The position numbers were made by a program, and so were the translations under genes. A stretch of DNA of 64,000 nucleotides, taken from NCBI GenBank assembly GCA_020632535.1, contig JACKFJ010000002.1:120245-184244 (forward strand), written 5' to 3'. This document shows, piece by piece, positions 22,101 to 37,100 of the stretch (positions are counted from its first letter, which is position 1; each line of letters opens with the position of its first letter). The stretch comes from Candidatus Omnitrophota bacterium (GTDB lineage: Bacteria > Omnitrophota > Gorgyraeia > Zapsychrales > JANLHA01). A model generated the notes under the pieces. It worked only from the letters and a program-made list of their open reading frames with translations. It was not told the origin of the DNA and searched no databases.

Positions 22101-25100
22101 GAGTCAATATTTCAATTTCATTCTTAATTCCGCGTCGTGCTTGTTGCTGCTCTTCTAATTCCTTTTTACCTGCTTTTTTATTTGTACCATTCATAATGAC
22201 CTGTAAATCACTCCATCGCTGTTGCGCTTGATCAAGATCACTTTGAATTCCCATGAGAATATTTGCCGGAAGTTCTCGCTTAATAAAGAATGACATTTGT
22301 AGCGCGATTGATCGAAAAGCCGCGTGTTCTTTTTCCGTGATCAATGCCAATAGAGCATCCCATCTTTGATCTTCAGTCCCAGCAAGCATAAAAGCCACGG
22401 TCGCACGATCAAGTCGGTTAAGATCTTCATGATTTAATAAACGAACAAAACCTTGTTTTAATTGCCCGATTTGAGCCATTTTCTTTAACCAAATCACGCG
22501 AACATAATCTACCTTAGAATTCTTTTCTAACGTTTGTGCCAAAACAGCTTCCGCTTCGTCAAGTTTTTCTGTTTCCAACAACAATGAAAGCAAATTCTCA
22601 TAAAGCTCTTCCCACATTCCATTGAAAGTTGCGGCGGTTTGCAAGTATTGCATTCCCGCAGTATGCATATCTTCATCTTGTAAAGACCCTGCTTCGCTAA
22701 CCAAAATCAATCCGTATAAGCGGTGTGCTTGAGCGGCATCTTTCAAATTGTGTTTTAATACCGTTTCGGCGTATTGCTGACCTTGCTCAACTTGTCCTAA
22801 TTTCATCATGGCTCGCGCTTTATTTAAACCATATTTGAAATCTGAATTCCCACTCGTATTCTCTGCAAGTTCCAAATGTTTCAATGCTTCTGTATTTTGA
22901 TCAAGCGTTAAGTAACGAAGTCCCATTTGATAATAAGTATCGGCAATATATTTAGCATAACGTTGTTGTAGACCCGCAGACTCGATAAATGCCAGCCCCT
23001 TATTTACGACTTCAAAGAATAGATTTGTCGATTGAACGCCGGAAATCACAATGGCTAAATTGCTGTAAAGTTTAGCGATTAAATCATACGGCAAAAACTC
23101 ATTTCTAACTTTCTTCCCACGGCCTTGTTCAATAATCCAAAGAATGCCTTTTTCATATTGAGCTAAATGTTCCATAAAGCCATCAAAGCGGCCAAGTGTT
23201 GCTAAGAATTGGATTTGATTTCCGGTTAATACCGTAAATTCGATAGGCCATTGTTCATAGGATGTTTTCTTGAGTTGCTCTTCAATAACCCAAAGACCTA
23301 AATCCAAAGCTTCGACACCACCAACACCATTAAGTTCTTGAACAGTTTTCTCAAAAATTCCAAAATTAGAACTTTTTGTACCTAAAACGTCCATTGCGGC
23401 AACGCGTTTAGCACGCTCAAATAATTCAAGGGTTATTTTACTTTCGGCAATATTGATCGACTCAATACCTGATGAGGCAAGAATACTTTGTGATTTCTTT
23501 TGCCAAATATCCAAATAATAACCATACCGGCGAACATTCTCAGCCTCTAGTTTCTCATCCAAAAGTCTTAAGCTTGGGCTGTTAAGATTGTAGTAATCTT
23601 CTTGAAGATATTTTCCTAAATCAAAATATCCTCGATATTCACTATAAGGCGTCACGACAATCATTCCGTTGCGCTTTAACCATTCTCGTATCGAAGAAAG
23701 ATTAGTAACAAAATGCTCCATTAAATTCATCCCAGACTTTTGATACAAAACATCGAACCGACCGGCAAACTCCAAATCAAGACTTTGGTCATGACGAACT
23801 ATTGATTTATGAATAAAGATAATATTTCTTATCGTGGATTCTCCCGGCAAACGAAAAGCTAAATTAACTCTTCCCTGTTTTAACTGAGAAATCGCGATAT
23901 CTTCTAAACGCACGCCCATTTGCAACAATTCATGAATTAGGAAAATTTCAATGCCACCGTTCACAAAATAAGGAATAGCACCAAATCCGCTTTTTCTTTT
24001 GTCAGCAAAATATTCGCCCAGTCTTTGCTGCCGAACTTCACCTTCATCTAAATCATTAACCCGAGCACTCATTAAGGCGTCATATAGTTTTTCTCCCGAT
24101 ACAGGAACACGATCAACAACAACCATTGTTGAAAAATCTGTAACCAAAAGAGCCGTGATAATATCCGGGCCATTGCCTAATCCAACAACCCTAACAGGTC
24201 TTCTGTTTGGATTAACCAATTTGCGCACTTCTTGAAAATAAGCTGCTAAATTGGAAGATAAAAGTTGCCCTTGACCCAATAGAGCCGATGAGGCAGATTG
24301 CATGGCATCAAGTTTTCTTTGCCGAACTTGCGCAATGATTTCATACGCTTCTTCCTGCATATCGACAATGTGATAAAGATTTAGATCTTTAGCACTGATC
24401 ATTTTCTTTGCCAAAAGAACTGGGCGGAATAACTTTTCCTGCCACGGTAACCAAAAATCAGAACCCATGAGAATCAAAGGCATAACCTTATCCCCCTTGA
24501 GCTTCTGCGTCTGAATAAGCGTTATCGTTTGAAAGAAAACATCGAGAGCCGCATTGCCGCTTGGAAAGAAAACTATGCCTTGATCGCTAAAATTAATAAT
24601 GGCAGTCTTACGAATAAATTGATGCGTAACCTTAAGATAAATATCAGCTGATCCATTCTTAACACCGTTCTCATCACCAACATAAATGAGCTTTACATTA
24701 TTTTTCTTTGACGCGGCCCTAAATCCTTCTTCAACTGCTTTACCAATTCCCGTATGACTCATGTAAATAATCGAAACACCACGTGTTGCATAGTGTCGCG
24801 CCATTGCCTTAGCCTGTTGATAAGCATTTTGATACTCCGCGTTGAAATCAGCATCGTCGCCATGATAAGGAATATCCGTCCCCAGAATTGTTATTGCTGG
24901 ACCAATTCCACTCAATAATCCTTGCACAGAAAATAACTCACGAATAATATCATCAATCCTTAAAGCCTGCTTGAAGTGCGGATTCGCTTCAATTTGTTGA
25001 TCAATCAACCGAACGATACCATCAGCATCACGAATATCATTAAGCTGGATAAGGTCATCGACGCGATGCTTTAAATAACCTCTATTGTGCAAGTCACGCA

Positions 25101-28100
25101 TTAATTTCACAAAAGACGCGTAAAATGATTGATCAAAGATTAACGGTGTTTGAAGACTGATTACGCCTAAATCTTTAAGGACAAAAAACTCAAATGCTTC
25201 ATTAAGACTACCGAATCCACCCGGCATATAAATCGCGGCCTGACTTAACTCAGCAAAAGCTACCAAACGACTTAAGAAATATTTAAATTGAAGCAATGTT
25301 GAAATGTATGGATTTGCTTCTTTTTCATGCGCAAATTGTTCTAAAATAATTTTTAACCCAATTGAAATACCGTTTGCCTCCACAGCTCCTTTATTCGCAG
25401 ATAACATCGTCCCCGGTCCACCACCCGTGATAACAGCATATGAATGTTGTGCTAACAATGCGGCGATACGCTCAGCTGCCGGAGATTCAACACGCGCAGA
25501 ACCAAAAATATTGACACCACCCTTACCCGTAAAAACATAGTTCTCCAAATGTAAAAGCAGTTCTTTAACCGCCAAAGCAACAAAATCAGGACTCATACCG
25601 ATACGCGGCAAAGTAACTTGCTGTATGTCAGAACTTGCTCTTTTGATCGGTAATGTAAGAATTTTTGCGCTTTTGCCAGTAGAAACATCAGACAAAATCC
25701 GCAATTGAACATCAAAACGGTATTGATCATCGCGATTGGATAAAGAATTTACCTTCAAATGCGTCATATATCTTCGAAGCAAATCTTCGTTTCCAGCTAC
25801 GAATTTAGCATCAAATCCTAAAATCAAAATATATTGACTTGGCAATCCTTCACGAGCTTGTTCTTGAAACTCAATCATTTTTAATGCGTCACCATTTATT
25901 CCTATATGCACCGGATCGTGCTTATATTTCTCAATAGTCAACATGTTCCCTTCCCAGCCAAGAAAGAAACGATGCATCAAATCTCTTTCATACCTCACAA
26001 ACCAAAATGGGCGTTGTAATTCAGACGCTTCAATCGAGAATTCTTCATCTGTTGTTCTTGATGCAAATGTCGCAAAAACAAAACCTTTTCCTTGTTCAAT
26101 TTGCCAGCCTTCATATCTTTTTAAATTGATAATTTGCCGCATCAAAGGTGAATAATGATAGGCAACAGATTTGATATCATCGCCATGTAATAAAGCATTA
26201 CCCAACTCTTTATGTAACCAGCGATAAATCAAATATCCAATACTGCCGACGAAAAGCAATATCCCAATCGCCCAAAGACCCATTGTCGCGTTAATCAGCA
26301 GGGTTGTTCCAGCTATTGCATTCATCGAGAGAAGAAGAACACCCAAACCGATAAGCAGTTGCATAAAATATTTTGCTTTACTTAATCGTGGGAATCCAGA
26401 CATGTCAACACCGGCAGCCTCAAAAACTTGTGCAAAAACCCCAATAAACCGCGGCGTTCTCAAACCATCAGTTAAATTTTTTGATCCTCGATCTAGTACC
26501 AGCTTAAGTCCATTAATTTCATCAATATTCTGACCTCCTAGAATCATCAAAGATAAAACACTCTCCGGACTTAAAACTTGGAAATCTTTGAGAAACTTCC
26601 AGTCAATCAATTGAACATCGATGAGAAGCCCTTGCGATGAAAACCTCACAAGAATATTATGCAAATTAATATGACCGTGTAAAAACCAATCGCCATCCTG
26701 ATACCGCAAAACATGCTCAATCCGATGAAGAATCATATCTTTTTCGTTTTGTGTCAGCTTTTTCTTCTGATTCTCGACAATATCACCCAAAACTTGATAC
26801 CCATAAACACGCAAATCTAACTCATAATAATGAGTGGTATCATTAATTGCGAAGAATGTGGGAACAGCTCCGAAAAGATCTTGATCAATTAACTTTTGAA
26901 TTGTGGCGATTGTGGTGCGGGGTCCAATGAGTTTTTGAATAATGCGCCATTTTTGCTTAGGATGTTCAAAAACAGCCTGCTTCCGATCAAAAGATAAACT
27001 ATTCAAATCCATATTCTTATCGTGCCTTAATCCAGTAATACCTTTGACGGCTAAGTATTCACGAATCGCGGCCATTTGCTGATTCGTCCAAGGTGCTGTC
27101 ATAACCGGCGAGCTGACTTTTTGTCCTTCGACAATACTCAAAGACGTGCGATCTTTCTTGTGAACAAAAACTTTCGAAGGAACATTAAACAATTTTGCTA
27201 ACACACCCCGATACATAGCGGCGGGTCGATAAGCGCCATTTTCCCACTGTTCAATTATTCTGGCTAATGATTCACTTAAAATACGCTTTTGCTGCTCGCT
27301 TATTTGGTCGAACAGTGGACCTTGAATTATGTTAATCATCTGTCGTGCCATTTCATTCGGAGTCAAACCACGACCCATTCTTAACAATCGAATCTTATCT
27401 TTAATCGTGCCTTCCTTTATCAAGTGTTCTTTGGTCATGCCAGCTAAAAGCACATAAGCATCCACTCCGAGGGCAGCTGCTAAACGTGGCCAAATTGCAC
27501 CAGAATCATCAACAGGCTCACCTTTGCTCAATTTTAATATTCGCTTGAATGTTACTCCGGAAATTTCGGCCAACTGTAGAAGACTTAAGCCAGCAATATC
27601 GCGCAACTCTTGCAAACGAACTGGAAGCAATCGCTCTCTTTCTTGCAAACGTCGAATTACTGCTTGTTCTTTAATACTTTCAATAAATTCCCATTTTACT
27701 TGTTCTCGTTTTTTACCCTTACGCAAATACATTGGTTCGACACCCATCATTATGCTCCAGTCACGCAAAGACGATACATAACTTTCATCAATCGGCTGTG
27801 TGACAACCTTACTCCACTTAGCAAGTTGATTAACAAGAACTACGTCGGATCTACCCAGTGGCTGACCGATTTGATCCCATGTTAACGAACCATAAATGAT
27901 ATTATAAAGATCTTTCAAATATCGAATTCTTTGCGCGGCAGCAGCCATTGTTTCTATACCTTCGAGACCTGATAATCTGATAAGAACATGAACAATCTTT
28001 TTTTGTTTTTTAACTTCAAATTGTCCAATAAAATTTACAAGTGACTGCGGATGAATCATCTGAGTTCTTAATGGCATTGTTCCGCTGATTGCCCATTGAT

Positions 28101-31100
28101 ATTGTGTCGTCCAACGACCATCAACCTGAACAATTGCCGCGTGACTTATCAGTGGAAATCCTAACATTTCAAGCCATGCCAAAACTCGATTCACCTTTTG
28201 CGGTGAATTGATTGTGCCCTTTTCCTGCAGCCTTACCAAAATCTCTGTAGCAGTGATAGGTTTGTTTACAAAATATTCCATGCTTAATAGAAGTTTATAT
28301 ATTTTAAAGCCATCTTCTAAAATAAATTCTGAAAGAAATTCATCATCGACAATTGAGTTCCCTTCCATCACCGATTCATAACCAAATTTAACGAATTCCG
28401 CTAAATCAACATTTCCTGCTCTAGTCAAAGGAGTCAAATTTGGCAAATCGCGCAAATTGTGATCTCCGATACCATTCCAATTAAAAGTTTCAAACACTGA
28501 CGAAGAGGCTAAAGCAACGTGGAATATTTCGTCTTCGGTAGCTTCTAATAATTCTGCTAATCGTTGACGTCGTTTCATCGGAACATTTTGTGTTCCTCTG
28601 ATCCAATTTCCAAATTGTGTCGCAGTCACACCAAGATCGGTCGCCATAACATCTTTAATTCTCCCAATGTTTAATCGCAACAGGTCGATCCGCTCACCAT
28701 CCGTTGCTTGACGATCTAAAGCAGCTTTTCTGCTTAATCCGTCTGTGAGAAGACTTATAACAGCATCTTTCCCTTTGTGTCCGCGAGCTCTGGCAATTAA
28801 CGCTAACACTTTAGGATCTTTAATATTTCTAACATCGTCTTGTTTTGCATGAACAGTTGGAAATGGCTCAACAAATGCAACTTGATTAGAAATCGATGTT
28901 TCAGAAACTTTTTGTTTAGCAAGCCACTCAACAAGAATTCTTGCCTTTAATTCGTTATTCCCTCTTGCAAAAACATAAGCCATCGCATCGATATATTTTG
29001 CCGACGGGACCAGAAGATCTTCGCTCCATTTGATAACAATCTTTCTGGAAACTTTAAGCGCAGGATCTAATGCTATGTTGTTATAAGTTAAGCCTTCAAC
29101 CGTTCGATACAAATCTAAACGCTGACCGAATGTGCGCATAGCCAAAGCTTCTGTCCGCGATAATCCGGTCAACAGAACATAAACATCCTGCTCAAGAATT
29201 TTTGCAAGTTTTTGCCATAACATCGTGTCTTCGATAAAATAAATCTTGTCCGCGGTCTCTAATCGATAAATAATATCTTCATCCACATCCACCATCTTTG
29301 CCAAATCTTGACGAGTTAAATTACGGCTTCGTCGGAAGAACGCGAGACGCTGACCACGGCTCTCTTCTTGCTCTTGAACCGACACTATTTTAACTGGCAA
29401 CTTCGCGATCTCGTCACCAGCCCATAGCATAAATGACCCAACCCCTAAAAATGTTCCAATCTCTTTAATGGTACTTTCTTCGGGGAAGCTCACACCCCTT
29501 AACCATGTAGCAACACGCTGATTGATTGTTCTGCGAATTGCTGGACTCATAGCATCACCTTTATATAATTTCTTTACTCGCCATATAATCCTGATTCTCT
29601 GAGCAACAGCCTTGGCGACTTGCTGTAAAAACAATGAATTCGTACGCATCTTTTCCCAGTTATAAATAATCTCTTGATTGACAAAAATCCTCCTCCAGCT
29701 CTTCTGCATTTCTACTGGCCACGTTTCAAATCCATCAATATCCCATTGCGACTTCTCTAAACTTGGAACAAACCATTGCCCGTTCTCACTTACAAGAGTC
29801 AATCCAGCTATTTGCAACCATTCCAACCCTGCCTGAAGAGTGACTTTTGAATAAATAACGCTTGTGCGATATGGCAATTTAATCGCCTCATGTATTAACG
29901 CAATCATCCGCAATTTGATTTTGTCATTAAGCCAATTGGGCTGATAATCTTCAATCATTTTGTAAAACATAAGTAAAAAGTCATTGAGACTATTTGGTCG
30001 AATATATGTCATTTTCTTAATCTCGCTTAAAAGATGACGGAAAAGATCGTCCTGCTTTTGTTCGGCAAGAAAGATAAGAATTTTAGCTTCGGCTAATTTG
30101 ATCGATTGCCCACCGACCCCATTAGCGATCAAGCGAGGAATTTCAATCATAATCTGTTGCGATGTCCAGCGGCTCTTGCTAACAGCTAATTCACGATAAA
30201 CATAAAGTAATTCAGTAATAAACTTTAATAAGTACATTTCTTCATCAAACAACTGACCATTCAAAGTCGATTGATAAGCTCTCATCGTACTTCTATATTC
30301 TTTTCTCGCCTTCGCGTATAAATAATCCTTCAAAGCAATAGGGTCTCGAAGTTCTAATAAATCCTCAGCAATCTTTGTCAGCCGACCATTACCCTGTAGC
30401 ACAATTTCATCAATCGCTGAAGATGCGCTAACAACATCATCCGATGACTCCGCGCTAAGAACAAACCACTGTTCATTTTCTCTCACGAGAGCAAATCCAG
30501 TTCTTCCCAACCAACCTAAACCTACTTCAAGCATCCCTTTTGAAGAAATAACACTCGTACGATATGGCATTTTGATCGCTTCATGTATCAAGGCAATCAT
30601 CTGAGATTTGATTTTGCTATTGAGCCAATTTGGCTGATAGTCTTCAATCATTCCAAAAAACATAAGTAAAAAGTCATTAAGACTATTAGGCCGAGAATAT
30701 GTTATTTTTTTAATCTCGTTTAGAAGATGACGAAAAAGATCTCGCTGTTCTTGTTCCGCAAGAAAGATGAGGATTTTAGCTTCAGCTAATTGAATCGACT
30801 GCCCGCCGGTTCCGTTGATAATTAAGCGAGGAATCTCAATCATAATCTGTTGGGACGTCCAGCGACTCTTGTTCTCAGATAATTCACGATAAATATTAAG
30901 TAATTCCGTAACAAATTTTAATAAAAACGTCTCTTCGTCGATTGGTTGGCCATTTAAAGCAGACCGATAAGCTTTCTTTGCATTTTTATAAACTTTAGCG
31001 GCTTCTCTATTTAAATAATCCTTTAAAGCAACTAAATCCCTAACATCTTCTGGTTCCAACGCGTCAATGATAGCCTGTGGATATGGTTTACGCATTGGCG

Positions 31101-34100
31101 CGGCACTGATCACCCAATGTCTAATCTGTGCTTTGCTAACGTTTCCGATCGCAGCAAGCTCTTCAAATGTAAATCCTTTTTCTTTGCGCAAAAGATTAAA
31201 CCGTTCATTTTGTGAGCTTGCTTCTAATGCGACTACTCTCGGTTGATTCGTCAATAATGTAATGACATTGGTATCACGTCCCCGAGCAATAAACGCCAAA
31301 ACTTTTATATATTGTAATAAATTTAAGTCATAATTATGTTCGGCCAGTGATGGAAACGGCTCAATGCTGCTTAACTCCCCAGAAGGCAAAAGAACTTCTT
31401 GTTTACTAAATAGATCCTTGTCAGATGCGCCCAACTTTTTCTTTAAGCGTTGAATCATTTCCGGTGATGGGAGATTCTGATCCGAAATCCACATCCCAAC
31501 AATAGAAGGAGACACGTCAATGGCTTTGGCTAATTGACCTCTTGTTAATCCGCCAATTAACCGCAACAAATCAAGACGTTGGCCAAAAGTCCTCCGCACA
31601 AGAGCCTGCTCCAATGGCAATCCGGTAAGAATTTCACTAACCGAACGATGAAGAACTTTAGCTATTTTTCCCCACATCCATGGATTATCTAAAAAGTGCT
31701 GTGCTGATCTTTTTTCTAAACGATACAGCTGCATTTCGCCTAGTTCAGGAATAAGCGCTTCAACTTGTGGTCTTGTAAACCCAAGCAATTTACGATAATA
31801 TTCAACTCTCTGACCAATACTTGTTAAATTCTCATTCTCCTTCTCAATTGCCGAAGAACCAACTGAATGCTTTTGTGTGAAAGGAATAATTTTTCCGGAA
31901 TGATTATTCTTTTCCCATGCAAAGAATTCATCTTCACTCATAAATAATAATGCCAGCTTCTTTGTTGCTGTACGTTCAAAAACTCCTTTAATATTCTGCA
32001 TATAGGCATGCTGATCAGCTAATTTCAAATTACGATTAACAAAATCCGCAACTTCACTGCTCAATACAACAACCAATGTCATAAGATCAGCATTAAATTC
32101 TAAAGAAACAAGCGGATCTCTGCGATGATTGATGCGCATAATAAAATGAACTTTGTGCCCATATCTATGTCTCGGATATTCAACATATAAAGAAACTTCA
32201 CCTTCCGTATACCACTGCAACTCAATAATTCTCTTGACCGAATTAGTAAACTTACTAATACTCCAATCCCCAACATCAAAAGCCGTAACCCTAATACTAT
32301 TATTCGCGTATACTATTGTTCTTTGCCGAGCATTACGTGACTTACTTTCATTTTGCCATTTTTGCGATAAATTATGAAGCGCTAACCGCGCGTTGGATAT
32401 AGGTATCCCCGGAGTAAAATCTACGACTTCATCTACTTTCAAACTGCGAAGCTGCAAAACTGCGACATGACTGTTGATAGACATTTTATGTTGCATTTCA
32501 ATATAAACTTTTCGCAATAACCGCGCGTAATCAGAATAAAGAGCAATACCAAATCTTTCAAAAGCTACAAATAAATTCTCAATTTCCGCCAACTTATCTG
32601 TTAATCGTTTAGACGTGCGTAAACGATATGGCTGTGCTAAATTCTCAAACGCTTCCTCCGAAAGCACACCGGCGCCATAAGCAAAGAGAGCATATTCCAA
32701 AATATGTGTAAGAACTTTTAAATAAACAACCGCGGCTCTAACATTTTGGTCAAACAATGGCGCGCGCGATAATAACAATGTATTAATATACAATTGATCA
32801 TCTAATTCATCGTAAACAACAAGATTTCTTCCTAACTGCGCAAATTTAAAAAGTTTTAAGTCGCTAACAGAATTGCCTTGTTTAAGATGCAAAGCTCTCA
32901 TCGCTCGGGTGAGGAATTCCATCTGCCCTTGTTCATTGCTCTTCTGATATTTACGACCAAATGGCATTACCAATTCCCCGGGGAAAAGAACACGCGTATA
33001 AAGCGCGGATGAGGCGACTTGCGACACCTGTTTAAGAATTTTACGAACATCATTCTCTGAAATATCTGTAGAAAATTCCAACATTAACACAACTTTGACA
33101 AATTTCTTGTGCTGATTAATCGACACGACCTTAATTTCTTTAATATTAATCCGAGAATCAAGCTCCCACAGAGAACGTAAAAGCGCGTTCAAAGATCCAA
33201 CTCGATTTGATATCTTAACTTCAAAATCCATCAAAAGATTATTACTAGTGGATTCACCCACGCGAACATCGGGAATACGTCCGATTGCTTCTATCACCGT
33301 TGCTAAAACAGTATGATCCAGATCACCATCGAGAAAGAATCGCACTTTAAAACCGTCTTCGTAACTTGCTTCAAAAGCATGAATATCTAATTGATTGGCA
33401 GATAAAATAGACGTAATCGGCATCAAGATGCCCGGTCGGTCATAGGAACCACTTACCGTCAAAACCCATTCCTGAACATCTACAAACGGAGCTGTCGCAT
33501 TTGCTTGACGACGGGTCCATTGCCTAGAAAATTTACTCCGTAAACCTGAAACACTCAACTTTTCATGAATAACTTTCGCTTCAACAAGGCCTCTCCCAAC
33601 AGCTTCAAAGAAAAGTTTTAAATTTCTGTTATATTTAAACGGCAACTCCGGAAAGATTCCTAAAATGGATTCGAGGCGTAAATCTTTGCTTCGATCTCCA
33701 ACCCAACTAATAACTTTTTGTTCAACCAAAAGCATGCGTCCAGCAAACTCCAATATTTCACCTAAATCCTCAAGATTGATAAGGCCCAAAGCAAAAGCCA
33801 GATAAAGTTCTTCTAAAGTCTCATCTGTTTTAAGCATCAAGGTATCGCTCCACTCCTTGAGAACTCTAATTTTTTGTCCATTACGGAATCGATCAGCAGC
33901 TAGCTCTAAAGCAGCTTTACCGCTATCGCTTTGTCTTTTTCTTTTTTCATTATCCCAAAACACAATACGAGCCATGAGCTTCGCTCGAAGCGTTGTCGAA
34001 TTATGCATAATCTTTGACCAATTGATTACACCGAACTTGCGTGGGAAGTAAAGCGTATTTCCTGTTTTTAAAAATTTATTATCCCCAAAACGTTGCAAAG

Positions 34101-37100
34101 CCCCGGAAGCATGAACGCGACCTTCCTCAACAGACAATTCAACAAAATACGCACCGCTATATTCACCATTTAATCGATCAATACGCCAATATGCAGCCGC
34201 ATCCGCGGGAATCGCGCCATAATCAAGAATAAGAGGATAAATAAATTTTTCATTTTCACTAATCACGTTGCTTAAGCCAAATCCATAACGCGGCGAGTAT
34301 GAATGTACGGTTGGGTTGTAAATAAGTACCACAATTTTGCCATCAAAATACTGTCTCAAATGGACAAAATCATGCGCCAGATCATCAGTCGGAATAGAGT
34401 GCGGAAATTTATCAAATCTCTGATTTTTTAACGCGGGATCTTTATGTGCCGAAAATTCAAAATGCGCAATCCCCTGACCCATAATATAAATTTCATAGCT
34501 AAAACTGTTCATAACAATAATATCAAATGGCCGATTTTCATCATCACGCATGGGGAATTGCCAACCTTCATATCCAAACCGTCTTTGAAAATCAAGATCA
34601 TGATAGTACAAGCCCGGGGCGCTGCGCACTTGCTTGCGGCCAACATTATTCTTCGTCAAATTAGATAGTAAACTATTGATCTGTTCTAACACTTGCTCAT
34701 CTTCAACAACAATCATGATCCCAAATAAATCTTTAATTTCAGATAAAGTTAAATGACGGCGAGTTAATTTATTGGCTAAAGACGCATGAGTTTTTAAGCG
34801 GTTATGATAACTGACGCTCTCCTGAGAAACACCATTGTCTTTTAAATACTTGCGCATCTTACGCATAATATGCTCGATATATCTTTCCTGTTGCTTTTGC
34901 GTAAATCCATGTGTTAACTCACGAATAGCCGCGACAGTACGATGATATTCTTCGGGAGCAACTACTGCAAAAGCCGTATCTTGCAAAATACGCGCAATAC
35001 TGGGAATTCTAAAATAATTCGCTAAAGTTACATAAATATGAGTAGCTTTTCTGGCGTAATATTGCCTTTCTGTAATCGTCATAGCCACAGAACTTTCAAG
35101 TGTCGCCAACATTTCAGCGAAGCCAAATAATAATCCTTGCGAATCATTAATATTCATTACAAACCATGTCATCCATGTTGCCAAAGCCCGGCTATGCAAT
35201 AAGTTGCCATCCTTATCCATTCTCGGGAAATATATAAGTTTACGAATTTTATCAAAATGTTGGGCTTGCTCTGATAGATGATGTAACGAATAAGGGAATT
35301 TGATCACACTGTGAATATCAAATAACCACGCTGCGGCAAGAGTTTCTTCACGCACGGCAGTTGCTTTACTCGCACCCCATTCGTTTAATAAATCGACAAC
35401 CCTTTGCGTATATACAAACTTGCTCGCGGCAAGGTGCTGGCGCGCGAATTCTTTTGCTTCTTCGACAATAACGGAACTCGACGATTGATTTCGACGATCA
35501 ACTTCCTTATTAAGAATATTCTGTAAAGCAGTTAAATAATCTGCCCAATCTCTAGGATTTATCGTTCGTGAAAATTCTGGATATTCTTCATTATCACTTG
35601 CAACTTCATAAAGTGCGGCCGACATTCTAAAATCCGAAGAAACCCAATCTTGTCTTGTTGTAAATTCCGCCCAACGATTAAGAACAGGTTGATCCAAGTT
35701 TTGGAAAAATCCTGCCCAAAATAACTTAACCATATCAAACTGGCTTGGAAGTTTGATTTGCGGTGCATAATAACTCAACTTTTTGTTCGCTTGATTTATT
35801 GCTAAAAGCGCTAACTTAATCTGGGTTATTAGGCTTGAATTATTTGTTCTAAATCCACCTAATTCATTTTCAGCTTCCCGCGTTTCTTCCCGATCAGATA
35901 TCAATCCGCTGACCGTCAAATCCTGACCATGAAATGTCTCAAGATATAAGGCGTGATTATGCATAAGCGCGATTTGACGCGCCACCTGCGCCCCGAAGTA
36001 TAAAAATAATTCCTGCGTAGTACGAATAACAGGCTCGCCAATTGACTGCAGCGCGCGCGACAAATAATGAATCAATACTTCTAAATACGGATCGTTTTCT
36101 GCAATTTGTAAAATCTTGGATAAACGATACGGCGTGTGAGTTAAATTAAAAACTAATACAGGAGGATTATCACTATCCCATCCTTGCTCGCGAATCGAAT
36201 CAAAGCGACCATTAGCATGATTTGGCAAAGTTTTTAAATCCCGATAACCAAGATTACGCATAAACGCCCGACGTTCTTTTTGGGTAAGCATATTCCAAGA
36301 ACGCCCAGATAAACGTTCATTTCTTAAAACTAAACCTTCATAATCACGTCCCCCCAAGCTCTTTTTATATGACAAATCTTCCTCATATTCATTTTGACCA
36401 GAACCCTTGACGCCAACCCAGAATAATTTATTACCAATTAAATGCAAATAATATGCCTGACGACCATTAGCCACAAATCGATACATATTATTAATAAATT
36501 CTTGACGAGCCCGATAATCAACAAACATCACCTGAACAGGAATTCCAGCCTTCAATTTCTTTGCCGCCATCGCAACAGTTGCAATCTTAAAGGAAGTTAT
36601 ATTGTCTATAAATTGCGTTCCACCTATCAACTCTAATGCTTCACGATCAACACCAACAAGCGGACCAACCTGCTCATTTTTTTCTGTCAAAATTTGATGA
36701 AATACTGGCCGTAAGGAACGATCCCAATACAAAAGCATCTTTAATTCTTTATTAAACAATTTTTCTAAAACAATGTACTCTTTTACACCTATATAAGCTG
36801 CTAGATATGAATTAGCTTTATTTAACAAATTATTCCGGAAATGAATTTGCGGGGTAATATGATCCGTAACTTCATCTGGCACGAGTAAAGCAATAAGATT
36901 TTGCGCGAGATCTTCAAGGGCGATAAGGTAAGAATTAAAATTGGATTGTTTATTTGTTGCGAGGAGGATCCAAGGCTGACCATCAACTTCGGTCAAAACT
37001 GCAAAACCGCTTGTCAACGGACCCGCACGCAAATGTCCTGCGGCAATTGTTTCCTGTAACAATTGCAATCTTTGTCTTTGACCAATTCTCGTCAAAAATT

